From the NCBI GenBank assembly GCA_002633005.1, contig NMRA01000021.1, forward strand, positions 1,175,119 to 1,239,118: DNA of 64,000 nucleotides, written 5' to 3'. The translations under genes and the position numbers were made by a program. Source of the stretch: Phoronis australis (taxonomy: Eukaryota; Animalia; Phoronida). Of this stretch, positions 51,001 through 60,637 are shown in pieces (positions within the stretch are counted from its first letter, which is position 1; each line of letters starts with the position of its first letter). Below the pieces are notes generated by a model. That model was not told the origin of the DNA. It was given only the letters and a program-made list of their open reading frames with translations, and ran no database searches.

Positions 51001-54000
51001 GAGACAAAAGTCCACTGAAAAGGCACAGACGCACAATGAAGGTGATACTCCGTTTCTTTTTTTAGTCCTCCCGCTTTTTTATCATCAAAAGGTCCGCATC
51101 GCCAGAAATTCGAGCCCCCCATATTAAAGGCTGGGTGCGCGCATGCAAATGTTAGTGTTTGTGGTGGAAGGTGAGTTTACAGCCACTTTCATAATTGTAT
51201 ACACTGGTGCCAGTATGATCATGCTTGCAAACATCCACGCAACATAAGGAGAAGGTATCTTCGGAAATGCTATCGCGCTAGCGAGGTGCTCATACCGGTA
51301 GTGAAACATCTTTGACAATGTTACTGAAACAGCAAGCACTATAGATGTTTAAGTAGCCTATACCACTTAAAAGTATTTCTACTTCCATAGTATTCTTACA
51401 TGTATGTCATTTGCTCTCTGGCAGCTCACCATTACCAGCAATTCGTAAACTAGGTCATCCGCCAGGTTCTCTGCGTAAACTAGGTCATCGCTTATGGACA
51501 AGTTAGCGCTTCACTCTCCGCGTGTCTACTGGAGAGAAGCACCCAGGAAGGTTCTACATTTTGTAGCCCAAAATTACCAAAGTTCAAATATATTCCGTTG
51601 AAAAGGAAAGACAAAACATAGCATTACAGATGTCTGGCCAATATCATGAGTCACTACTCGTAAGCAAATCAAAGCTGTCCTTACTCGTTGCCTTATCTCG
51701 CACTACCCGTCAATCGACTAGTTTTCAGTTCGCAATGCAACAATACAATTCTCATAAATTCAACTTGTAATGACCCCTTTCAATTTTAAACCATGCCCGA
51801 AGTACTCGGAAACAAATTATTGTTAGGTACAACGAGTTTTTTTTTCTCTGAAGTGGATCGTAAACACCTCAGGTGACTGATCGAGTTTTATGCACATAGC
51901 TACTTTGGCCTAGAGCTGAATTCTTAGCTCCCATACTATGGGCTGGGCCGGTCAAGGGCCAATCCCTGTTGTACGCCCTACTTAAGCATTGGAATCAAAC
52001 TGTTATATATAGAGAAAACGTTTATTAGTATACTGGTGTGAATATTATCAGTGATTTAACCAAAAACTTCGAATTGACTAGACCCACTAATGATAGTCTA
52101 TGACGATAAACTGATATCAAAAGGCCAAAATTGGCAATTTTCGGCGACCCCATGTTAAATACAAAATTTTGTCTAATTTTCTTCAAAATTCTACATTTCA
52201 ATCTTGATTATACTGACATCTGTTGGGTCTATCGGCAACTAACCGCACATGAAAGGCTTGGTCGAAAATTATCGTTTTCTCACATGCACATTCGGGTTTT
52301 TAGCGGCGATTCCACTGATCGAAGCGACAAAATAAGCCAAAACTTTGGCCATACCATGTTAAACATAAAATTTTTTCCAATTTTGCTGAAACTTGGCCAC
52401 GTTTTTAACAAAATACTTATCTATGTTATGTGCTATCGGCAAATGTGATTGATTCATAAATAAGACCCTCACGCTGTGTTTTTTGCGAATCCCATGTATT
52501 CTGAAGGGGGCTAACTGAGTGATTTTCGCGCATGCGCAATTCACGGTTTCAATATTGCTGGTAATGTGTCGTCTGCAATTTTTTCACATGCTTCGTGATC
52601 TTACACGATCTCGCTCAATTCACAAGATAGAGCCGACTCCGTGCTTTTGACAAACGCAACGAATTCAATAACGTTTGTTCATTGCATTTAACCTGGTGTT
52701 GTTCCAACTTTCTGAGATTCCACAAAGCCTAACGTAAAGCAAGCAGACGTCATTCTTCTTGGGTTCCCGCTCTTGTGGACTATGCCTGATGACGTCAGAC
52801 GGAACGACTTACGACACTACGAGGACGTCACAGATCCCTTTGGCCCGGCTATGACGTGGGGAATGTTTTGCATCAACTGGCTGGAACTAGGAGACGAAGC
52901 TGAAGCCGGGCGCATGTTCAACAGGTCCTATCAAATGTATATTAGACAGCCTTTTAAGGTAACTCTCAAAAGCGGAGTTGTGCCTGGGGAAAAGTATTTA
53001 CTAGAATCAGAGCAGTAACTTCCGCAATGCCGCGGTGCCCACATGACGAAATCACATAATTATTTCAAAAGAAAACAGCGGAATTGAAGCAATGATTTTA
53101 ATTTGGAGAGGCACTGCGATGGGTTCGCAAAACCACTACACTGAAACTCATGGGTATGAATGGATGGGCTATCACGTTTGTGGACGCTGCACATTTGCAA
53201 AGTAAAATGATAAGTTGCAGCACTAATTGTAATTATGAACGACCCATGTTTACTCTCATTGACTTCAGTCTGTTAAGGTATATTAAATTGGCCTCAGGTT
53301 AAAGGGAATCGTCACCGGCTTGAAGTAATGCATCAATTTTTAATTTTAAATATTAATATTCAAATATCTTAAATCCCGAGTACGGTTTTCGTGGGGACCT
53401 ATTTTTGTAACAGTTAATGATTTTCCGAAAGACTTCGTCACCGCTTATTGTAAATGCACGACTTATTATGTGACGTCTCATGAAAATTGTCCGCGTAAAC
53501 GATTTTATTTCACTATGATAATATCGCGCGTTTGTTTTTTAGTTGTGGACAGAGGTGCAAAACGGCTTGGGAGCAATTAACTTTGTAACAGGTGAGTTGT
53601 GACTATCAATTTGACTAATATACCTCACTCATGAACCCTGTGGCTCATTGCGATATTTAGAAATTCTGATTTTATATCTGTAGAACTAAGTGTTCCAGGT
53701 TTTACAAGCAAGGTTGCTTTTGTCCTACTTTACACCCACGTGGTGTTTGCGAGCCGTTGCGAGGTAAGGATGTAGCATTTTGTCTACTACCTCACATGTT
53801 ATTGTAAGTTGCAATGGGAAATTAGCAAAAACATTCACAGTAAGAAATGAAGTTCTGGACTGCCACTCATAAGAAACGTGCTTCTTGTTTGAACACAGGC
53901 ATGGGCGGCTTTCTGCAGACACTGGTCTTTGGTTACGGGGGAATGCGCTTGCACTCCGAGGAGCTGGACTTCAATCCGCCGACACTGCCTCCGGGAACGA

Positions 54001-55819
54001 CGAAAATGTCTTTGTATGGTGTACAATACTTGGGAGCTACATTTGATTTGGTGGTAATAAAAATAACACTTTTAGCAGAGCTCTTTAAGTCACTCACACG
54101 TGAGATTCATATCTTTCCGTTGGTCAACCTGGTGCGCGTTACCTAGAAGCAAAAGTCTCAAGAAGCACTTGAGGCAAAAACGTACACTTTTTGAATAAGA
54201 AACAAAAGTTTCTGTTATTAAATTACTATTTCAATCTCGTTGACTCAGTGGCTAGGACATTTTGTTAGGTACCGAGCATAATAACGAAAACACCACAGTG
54301 TAGCCTCGTTCCATCCTCTTGTGGGCTTCTTGTAAAAGTGGAAGTCACGCTTGGTTCAGTAGCCTGATATAGGTGTCGCTTCAGCGCTGCTCATTTACGT
54401 GTACTGCGAAATGACACCAGCGCATTGTACGCGGACAGCGAGGTTATAATTGTGTTGGAATTGAAAAGTGAAAAGAGTGTCATGAATGAACCAGTAGGTA
54501 TACTTGTTGAGAGGGCTTCGTAAGTTACTTGACGTCACTTCATGTAGAATTATGAGCCGAAATAGATTGGCACCGCTCAGTCTCATCATGAAACTCCCAT
54601 ATGCAACTAGAGAAACAATTGTATTTCTTTCGCTTTTGTGGGGTATTGTTCTCGAGTATTTCGCGTCTATGGAATCCACAATACCTATTCGGTATGCCAA
54701 CGCCGCCGTCTACGGAACGTGTACTTGTATTCCAACTAGTGAATTTACAGCAAACCTTGCAACTATAAAGGAATTGAAACCCATAATTTATTTATCTTTT
54801 CCTGTTTTTAAACTGTATGTGATGTGCATGAATTTGCCAGCTTACATCCAGTTTTCTTTATTCGGGAATTATCAGGTGGACGAATCAGGAGCTAAGGTCA
54901 TAGTTCGGAAGATTGACAGAGATATGAAACTTGTTATACATTCAAGCGGACTTCCCGAAAAGGTGTTGGAGGAAGGTAAAGTTGTTTTTTTGTTTGTGCA
55001 ACTAAAACGTGACAAGCACCCTTAAAGTTGGATTGTTTGCTGCCTGGTCTCCATTTGCTCCACTATTTAGAGGACTGTTCACCTCTTCCAGCTTGGCAAT
55101 CGGCAACAAGCATAATTTACGGACATGCTGCCTTGGTTTAATATTCGTGTTCAATGGCGAGGCCAGGAGTGTTCACTGGGGGTGCTGAAGTGAGTGACAA
55201 GCTGGGAGCACCCTGTAATGAATACTGGGAAGTCAATCGCATTGCCACCGGGCAAAGAGCTTTGTTGTAATGATCATGGCGCCACTTTGTCCCCGTGGCC
55301 ACACCGGTGTTTATATTCATTCGCTTTACTTGGTATGCATGTCATTCGCGCACCCAGGGGGGGCTCGGAGGGCTCGAACGAGCCCCCCATTTGGCGGAGT
55401 GGGCAAAAAGGTCCGCCCCCCGAGAGACAAAAAGACAGAGAGAAAATGGGACAAACTCTCGTGCAATTCACAGTGGTGCTCCCAGATTTGTATGTAGTAA
55501 GACTATCTAGAATTTATGACGCACAACGTCTGTGACTAACAGCTGAAGAAGCCAACTTAATAACAACTACCAACATGCAACTATTTACTATGAAATTTCA
55601 GGTAAAAGTTACACACCGGGGACAAACATCTTTCGCATCTTCAGCACAAAGAACACAAACTGCGAGATCCCAACCAACTTCATTGACGTAGATTACGGTG
55701 AAGAAACAAATCCCTCGACCACAACGACATCTATCGGAAGAGCGCCAGCAGCCTCCTCGAATCACATGACTTTAATTATTTTGATTTCGGCCTTATGTGC
55801 TTCTCGCGCACTCTGGTAG
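35897..55819 (+). CDS. PGGHG: Protein-glucosylgalactosylhydroxylysine glucosidase (GH65, acid trehalase-like ATHL1 family); predicted secreted and GPI-anchored; 16 coding exons, 809 aa
   Basis: join(35897-36018,38289-38419,38849-38944,39929-40142,40939-41132,42373-42605,43374-43474,44164-44309,46422-46601,50227-50354,50537-50657,52717-52958,53543-53591,53899-54053,54876-54975,55602-55819) = 2430 nt, phases consistent. Family motifs: [82 protein letters not shown], WTE...GAINFVTGMGGFLQ. Confidence 0.92.
36250..36730 (-). mobile_element. Non-LTR retrotransposon RNase H domain remnant (I/R1/LOA/Tad1-type) in PGGHG intron 1
   Basis: YTNGSK..GQTGAGI...ATVFQAEITAINRAAELA...TILSDSQAAIK...SMQWVRAHVGINDNENADRL matches the RNase HI of non-LTR elements. 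Frameshifted upstream, and the first catalytic Asp is replaced by Asn. Confidence 0.85.
38289..38419 (+). CDS. PGGHG: PGGHG exon 2
   Basis: LPTVNDTSDVINHRLTPTIGNGHISTHVFGDTVYMNGFYNGHF|gtaag. Confidence 0.9.
38849..38944 (+). CDS. PGGHG: PGGHG exon 3
   Basis: ttacag|GDSHRARLEAQHAIWLSVENEISRRHTLDTRR|gtacac. Confidence 0.85.
39929..40142 (+). CDS. PGGHG: PGGHG exon 4
   Basis: GIFQTKITTPNATVTYLTYAHQYFNRLLITDITIAR...NLTYNNF|gtgagt. Confidence 0.88.
40939..41132 (+). CDS. PGGHG: PGGHG exon 5
   Basis: LVSIKTLIPEFNSSDVIPAFTAYTPL...DLDNVT|gtaaac. Confidence 0.85.
41421..41560. mobile_element. MITE family B, copy 3
   Basis: TTCAGTAAGGCTAGGGCCTCGCTAAAAAGCAAGAC...AGGTCCTAGCGTCTACTGAACGC. Confidence 0.7.
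42373..42605 (+). CDS. PGGHG: PGGHG exon 6
   Basis: DLLSESDGADELLKLHTDRWATIWIQGRIELEGN...ALYYMYSSLP...[15 protein letters not shown]|gtgagt. Confidence 0.9.
43374..43474 (+). CDS. PGGHG: PGGHG exon 7
   Basis: [33 protein letters not shown](R)|gtgcgt. Confidence 0.92.
44164..44309 (+). CDS. PGGHG: PGGHG exon 8
   Basis: MYTMPPSFDRAKSGGYTGTRFPWESAYTGQEVCPNICVECRENQQHIT|gtgaga. Confidence 0.92.
44554..45940. mobile_element. Non-autonomous DNA transposon (PIF/Harbinger-like) with ~31-bp perfect TIRs and GAGTAC/GTACTC subterminal repeats
   Basis: GGCCCGGTCTCCAATCTCCGTACTCAGACTC ... GAGTCTGAGTACGGAGATTGGAGACCGGGCC. Flanks CAG/CCG resemble a 3-bp CWG-like TSD with one mismatch. Confidence 0.8.
46422..46601 (+). 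CDS. PGGHG: PGGHG exon 9
   Basis: GDIAFAAHQYLSATRDIDWL...FLKQMAAFWESRPTKNARRGRWEIN|gtacgt. Confidence 0.92.
47260..48887 (+). mobile_element. Kolobok-like non-autonomous DNA transposon, copy 2 (both ends present), in PGGHG intron 9
   Basis: TTAA|AGGAGAATGCCACC ... GGTGGCTTGCTCCT|TAA gives a 14-bp TIR with 2 mismatches at a TTAA target. THAP remnant on + (~47424-47665) and GYQFE(L/P)E ORF remnant on -. Confidence 0.85.
50227..50354 (+). CDS. PGGHG: PGGHG exon 10 (catalytic Glu, PDE motif)
   Basis: [43 protein letters not shown]|gtattg. Confidence 0.92.
50537..50657 (+). CDS. PGGHG: PGGHG exon 11
   Basis: IPTSWIDKMRKLAFPFDKKNRFHNEFDGYQDHRFPANGTK|gtagtt. Confidence 0.88.
50891..51145. mobile_element. 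MITE family A, intact copy with 5-bp TSD
   Basis: Perfect 15-bp TIR CATGCGCGCACCCAG...CTGGGTGCGCGCATG, flanked by CAAAT on both sides (50886-50890 and 51146-51150). Confidence 0.85.
52717..52958 (+). CDS. PGGHG: PGGHG exon 12
   Basis: [59 protein letters not shown]...IRQPFK|gtaact. The 5' boundary needs a GAG acceptor, so it is uncertain. Confidence 0.88.
53543..53591 (+). CDS. PGGHG: PGGHG exon 13 (second catalytic Glu, WTE)
   Basis: ttttag|LWTEVQNGLGAINFVT|gtgagt. Confidence 0.9.
53899..54053 (+). CDS. PGGHG: PGGHG exon 14
   Basis: GMGGFLQTLVFGYGGMRLHSEELDFNPPTLPPGTTKMSLYGVQYLGATFDLV|gtaata. An alternative in-phase donor lies 3 nt earlier. Confidence 0.9.
54876..54975 (+). CDS. PGGHG: PGGHG exon 15
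   Basis: atcag|VDESGAKVIVRKIDRDMKLVIHSSGLPEKVLEE|gtaaag. Confidence 0.75.
55322..55445. mobile_element. MITE family A, 5' fragment
   Basis: CATTCGCGCACCCAGGGGGGCTCGGAGGGCTCGAACGAGCCCCCCATTTGGCG...AAAAGGTCCGCC. Confidence 0.65.
55602..55819 (+). CDS. PGGHG: PGGHG exon 16 (Ser/Thr stalk and GPI-like signal)
   Basis: tttcag|GKSYTPGTNIFRIFSTKNTNCEIPTNFIDVDYGEETNPSTTTTSIGRAPAASSNHMTLIILISALCASRALW*. Confidence 0.78.
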
Positions 55820-56264
55820 AGATATCACGTTGGGATTTGCCTTAGTAATTCACACACCCTGAGACACCAGTAACGGGATGATTCGAAAAGTTGGCGATCA
55901 TGTAAAAGAGAAAAGCACGAAAAAGGAATTCAAAAGCAAGGCGGTACTCCTAATCGCCAGAAAAATCATGTTGGGTTCTAATTACTAATCCGGTGTCATA
56001 TTGATAGACTTCTTGGAAGACATATTACCAATACACATTTATTTCACAGTGATAATAGTAGTTCATTAAATTATACTTTTACCTTTCTTCATAAGACGCT
56101 AAAACACGTCGCGATTGGCTTAATATGCTTAGTGACCGACTCCAAAATGACGCATGAGTACATTTATTATTTCATTTTGAGTCGGTCCAAGCTTAAATAA
56201 ATCGACAATATGCTTGTTTAGTTCCTAATTTGAAACCGAAGTAAGAACCACGATATCGTAACTC

Positions 56265-56625
56265 TAGCGATCGAATTAGTAAGTCTATCGACAGAGTTAA
56301 TAAGTCTGTCGATAGAGTGAGTAAGTCTATCGATAGAGATACCAAGTCTATCGACAGAGTTAGTACGTCTAGCGATAAAGATACTAAGTTTATGGATAGA
56401 GATAGCAAGTCTATCGATAGAGTTAGAAAGTCTATCGATAGAGTTAGTAAGTCTATCGATAGTGACAGTAAGTCCATCGATAAAGTTAGTAAGTCTATCG
56501 ATAGAGTTAGAAAGTCTATCGATAGAGTTAGTAAGTCTATCGATAGTGATAGTAAGTCCATCGATAAAGTTATCAAGTCTATCGGTAGAGATACAATGTA
56601 CAAAGTCTATCGATAGAGTTAGCAA
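56265..56625. repeat. 21-bp minisatellite (AAGTCTATCGATAGAGTTAGT)n, ~16-17 copies
   Basis: Direct 21-bp periodicity with the palindromic core CTATCGATAG. An 84-bp block (56408-56491) is re-duplicated at 56492-56575. Confidence 0.92.
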
Positions 56626-57598
56626 CGGAGAAAAAAGTTGCCGTGCAGTCCTTTTACAGCCACCGTAGGAGTCAGTGATCAAAGGGAAATAAATTACAGT
56701 GAATCGCTTGATTTTAATAACTGCGAGTGGAGTTTGTACCTAGAACAGTCGGTTTTCTGATAACGCCAGTTGTATGACAACTTGTGTTATTAATGTTGAT
56801 GCAGCTTGTGTGTCAAAAATTGTCCTTCATTACGCTGGCAAGAACTGGACAAAATGAAAACGTGTGTACATGTGTGCACTATCAACCAACACTTGGACAG
56901 TTTTCTTTCAACGAGAGAACGTGCCGACAACATCTTATTGAACAATAACTCCTTACATACTTACACGTAATCAACAATTAGATTTCTTCCATCACGTAGC
57001 ATCGTATCCAACACTACTTTACGTTGTTGAAAACCAAGACCAGCCTTGACGGTAAGTTGTGCCATAATGTACGTGTAGGGATAAAAGACTTGCGTTAACA
57101 CCGCAGGTTCAATTGGTTCTTGAGATTGTATGGTCGTGGCGTTTCGTTTCATTCTCCGAACATGGTCTCAAAGAATAACCAAAAGATGTCCATATTTCGT
57201 TGCAAACACAGAATCTCTTCCAATATGAGTAAAAAAAAGTTCAGACCAATTTTATAGCCGTTCTGTTCTAAATCTAGAGCTCGCTTTCTTTCACAGAACG
57301 CAGGCTTAAGTATAGTTTCCTGAATGTTTGTAAATATGATGTTCTTAAACGGCGGAATCAAAGAAAATGCGTTTTTAATAACAGATTTAACAAAATTTGA
57401 AGTCATGCACAGTGCTTAAAACTGTGAATGGTAGCGAATTTTATTCAATCAAGAGGCATAAGCGCTATCAAAGAGTGGACTTTTTATCCTCATTGTTGAC
57501 GGTGTACAATAGGGGTGTGTTCCGTAGAAAGCGCAAGTTTGCGAGATATCGCCATGCAAAACAGGCGAAGGTTAACGCACGACTGTACCCATGGCCAC

Positions 57599-60500
57599 CA
57601 GCTTCGTCTCCAGGCCTCAAGATGGCGGTGATTGGTTTAGCCATTTAAAAACCTTCTCTCAAACTGCCCATGTGGTTCCAGTATCCGAAAAAACTTACTA
57701 CATAAAATCTTATTTTCGACACTCTTTCTTTATATTCTTTTCGCCTTTCTTGCCAAAAGCGATTTTGAACAGTATTTGACCCTCGTCTCTGAGCGTATGA
57801 TTACCGGTTGTCATCGGTTATTTCCGTACCCACATTTCCGGCTCATCAGTTCAGGAACTTGTCCTGAAAGCCGCCATTTTTTCCTTGTAACTGAATGTGC
57901 TATCGCTTGCTCAAAAAGTCTTCATTATTTTGTTTTGTTAGTAATATCTCGTGATTCGTTTGCATATGTAGTGTATTTATAGTTTGTAGTTAGTGGTCGT
58001 TGATGTTTTTTGGAATGTTACGCGTACTTAGTATGTTAAAATAGCATTGGTGTTTAGTTCATTACGTAGGCCGGTCGAACCTAGGAACCAATATGGGTCG
58101 AACCTATTTTTTTCGGTTTTATTTTTTTCTCGTTTTGAAAAAGTACTTTGCTATCATCGGAAATGTAGTGCATTCTACTCAGTAAAAATCGAAAAAGTAT
58201 CAAAATCGGGGCAAGCAGTGTAAAGTTATTACAAGTTTTGTGGCGAAATTTGGGTCACTTTGTTTGGATCGAGTCGGCCATATTGGAGGACAGCGGGATA
58301 AGTTACGAGTTTATGTAAAAATTGTTTTCGCCAACAAATTACGGTGTAATTTAGTTAGACATATCTTTACTTACTATTCTGCACGATTTAACAGTGTTCA
58401 CCAAATTTCAGCCTCGCAATTGTTTCTCATTAAGTGATAAATGTGCTCACAATTCCCGTTGGACTTTGTCTCATTTCTGGCGGCACCGACAACATGGCGA
58501 CTTTTGCTGAACTGAAAAGCATGTTCAATCGGCTACTTTGTAATTTGTGAAGATTTAACGTTGATACATTTTGACAAACGTTGCTACAAAAAAGAAACTT
58601 TGTTCAATTTTGGCCGGTGTTTTTTGTGCAAAAATATAAGATGTATTCGAATTATTTTACTGTAAATTTCCCATTCAGGTGATCTTACACTAAGCTAAAA
58701 AAATAGTAATGAGATAATTTGGAAATGGTTTTTGTTTGACTGTCAACTGCTGTTCAAGACTTGATTCGGTGTCACAAAATGATTCATATTTTTCTAAATT
58801 TTAAGTCTCAATTGCTTTCAGGTCATGTTTTGTAACTTATTGCTTCTTAATTCAGGTTATCAAGTCAACAATATGAATAATCTTAATTTGAGAAATAAGC
58901 TATGTTGGATTGTGAAGCTTCAAGCCTCTAATTCTTGTTCCTTGCAACTTCATATTGTTTTAAATGATGCTTGTCAAATTCTGGTGTAAGGAAACACTAT
59001 TCCGTCACCATGGTAATAATTACATGTATGTCCACTGTCATATCATGGAAACTGTTGGTGTTGAATAGTGTTTGTAATGCTAAATGTTGTAAAGTATTGT
59101 GCATTTTAAGTTACTTATTATGTTAAAAGTTTGAATCATTTTGGGTTAATGAATAAAAAATTATAACATGTTGTATTGGACTTGTCATACTTATGTGCTC
59201 GAACGAGCCCCCTTTTTGGAGAACTGGAAAAAGGTCTGCCTCAGTCACAGAAGCACGAATTCCGAAAAAAGTAGAAAATGAGACAATATTCCACTAGAAG
59301 ACAGGAAGTACCAAAATTTAGAGTCTGCAATTCATAGCTCTGAACATACCCACTGAATCTTATAGTAAAATAGACATTCCCAAAAATTCCAGCCCCCCCC
59401 ATTCTCTTAGGCTTGGTGCGCTCATACAAAGTCTGGGAAAATCTCTATTGAAAGCCAACAACTTTGCACAGTTCGCCAGAAGTACCCAAGTTCTAAATTA
59501 ACCTCGTTTGAGCGAGCGCTGTGGCCAGCGACCGCTTAGGCCTAAGGGTAGCCTTGGCGCAAGGCTCTATAGGCCTACTAACAAGCTGTATCATAGTCGT
59601 CACTGGTAGCTGGTGACTGAGGCTAACTAAGGTCTGCCGCGGCAGTGTGACACAGGACTAACCGGCCCGTAATTTCATGCAAGTGTCTGAAACTACCCTT
59701 GAATATATGCAGCATTTATGATTTGACCATTTTACTTCGACAAAACAGCTTGCAACCGCATGCATTTACCGTTCGCAAGTGTCTGGTCTCGATCCGCACC
59801 GGGTCCGATAGGCTGCGGTACCGTGTCTGGCAACAAAATTTCTGTCAAAATTTATTCGCCACATTTCGTCAGCAAATTCGATAAAATTGTCCGTAGTTTG
59901 ATTTTATTAAAATTAAGGCGCGCTGTCGATCATTTTATCCCCGTTTGCTGGCTGGTAACAGTACAGGCACTGCTCCACTCGCACTGACGGCGTTTTCTCG
60001 GCTTGGGTTCCTGAATGAATTGTACTTCCGGGTTCGCGGCAAGTTCAAAATGGCGGTGGTTCTTCGGGTGCGAATCGTGAGTGGCGCGTTCATTTAGACT
60101 TTTTTCGAGTACTGATCGTGTATTAGTTATGGGGTAGGTACTTCTTGGATCCTTATAACATCCTCTAACCATGTAATAAGGGTTAACAACGCGTGAGAGA
60201 AGGACTTTAAGGATTGATTATGGGAATTACTTTCTGCGCGATGATCGACCGCTGCCTTGACGTCATTAAAATAAAGGCAGTTTTTAATTATTTTCACACG
60301 CGTTGTTGCTGCCATTCATGAAGCACAAGGCATTGTTTTAGTTATTGTTTGAAATAAAGGTTGTTGGTGTACTTATTTTTACTAACAGTATCTTAGAAAT
60401 TAATCTGTTTTCGAATCAAAATACATAATTTTTGTATTAATTTGGACCTAAATTGCTGCAATATAAGGTTAGTTTTCATTTTTATATTATACAGCAGAAA

Positions 60501-60637
60501 ATTTCAAAGTTGATATAACTTTATATTACTCGTGATATTCCGACGATTGCCGTAAAACTGAAACATTTCATTTCCTATAACGAAGCTTCAAATGGCTAAA
60601 CCGATCAGCGCCATCTTGAGGCTTGGGGACAAGGCTG
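57599..60637. mobile_element. Non-autonomous AcademH-like DNA transposon (~3.0 kb) with ~48-bp TIRs and 10-bp TSD
   Basis: CAGCTTCGTCTCCAGGCCTCAAGATGGCGGTGATTGGTTTAGCCATTT ... AAATGGCTAAACCGATCAGCGCCATCTTGAGGCTTGGGGACAAGGCTG. Flanks are CCATGGCCAC (57589-57598) and CCATTGCCAC (60638-60647). Confidence 0.8.
59197..59426. mobile_element. MITE family A, 5'-truncated copy nested in the AcademH-like element
   Basis: GCTCGAACGAGCCCCC...AAAAGGTCTGCCTCAG...GGCTTGGTGCGCTCAT. Confidence 0.6.

Noticed and set aside
54504-55025. 173-aa ORF as an independent gene
   Set aside because: Only 54876-54975 is a PGGHG exon. The rest is open intronic frame.
56193-56682. Four overlapping ORFs with heptad repeats (LSIDLLT / SIDRLTN / SKSIDRV)
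   Set aside because: Translation artefacts of a stop-free 21-bp palindromic minisatellite. No splice or homology support.
59930-60315. Possible helicase remnant inside the AcademH-like element
   Set aside because: No Walker A or DEAH motif in the translations checked. The region looks like a nested non-coding repeat.
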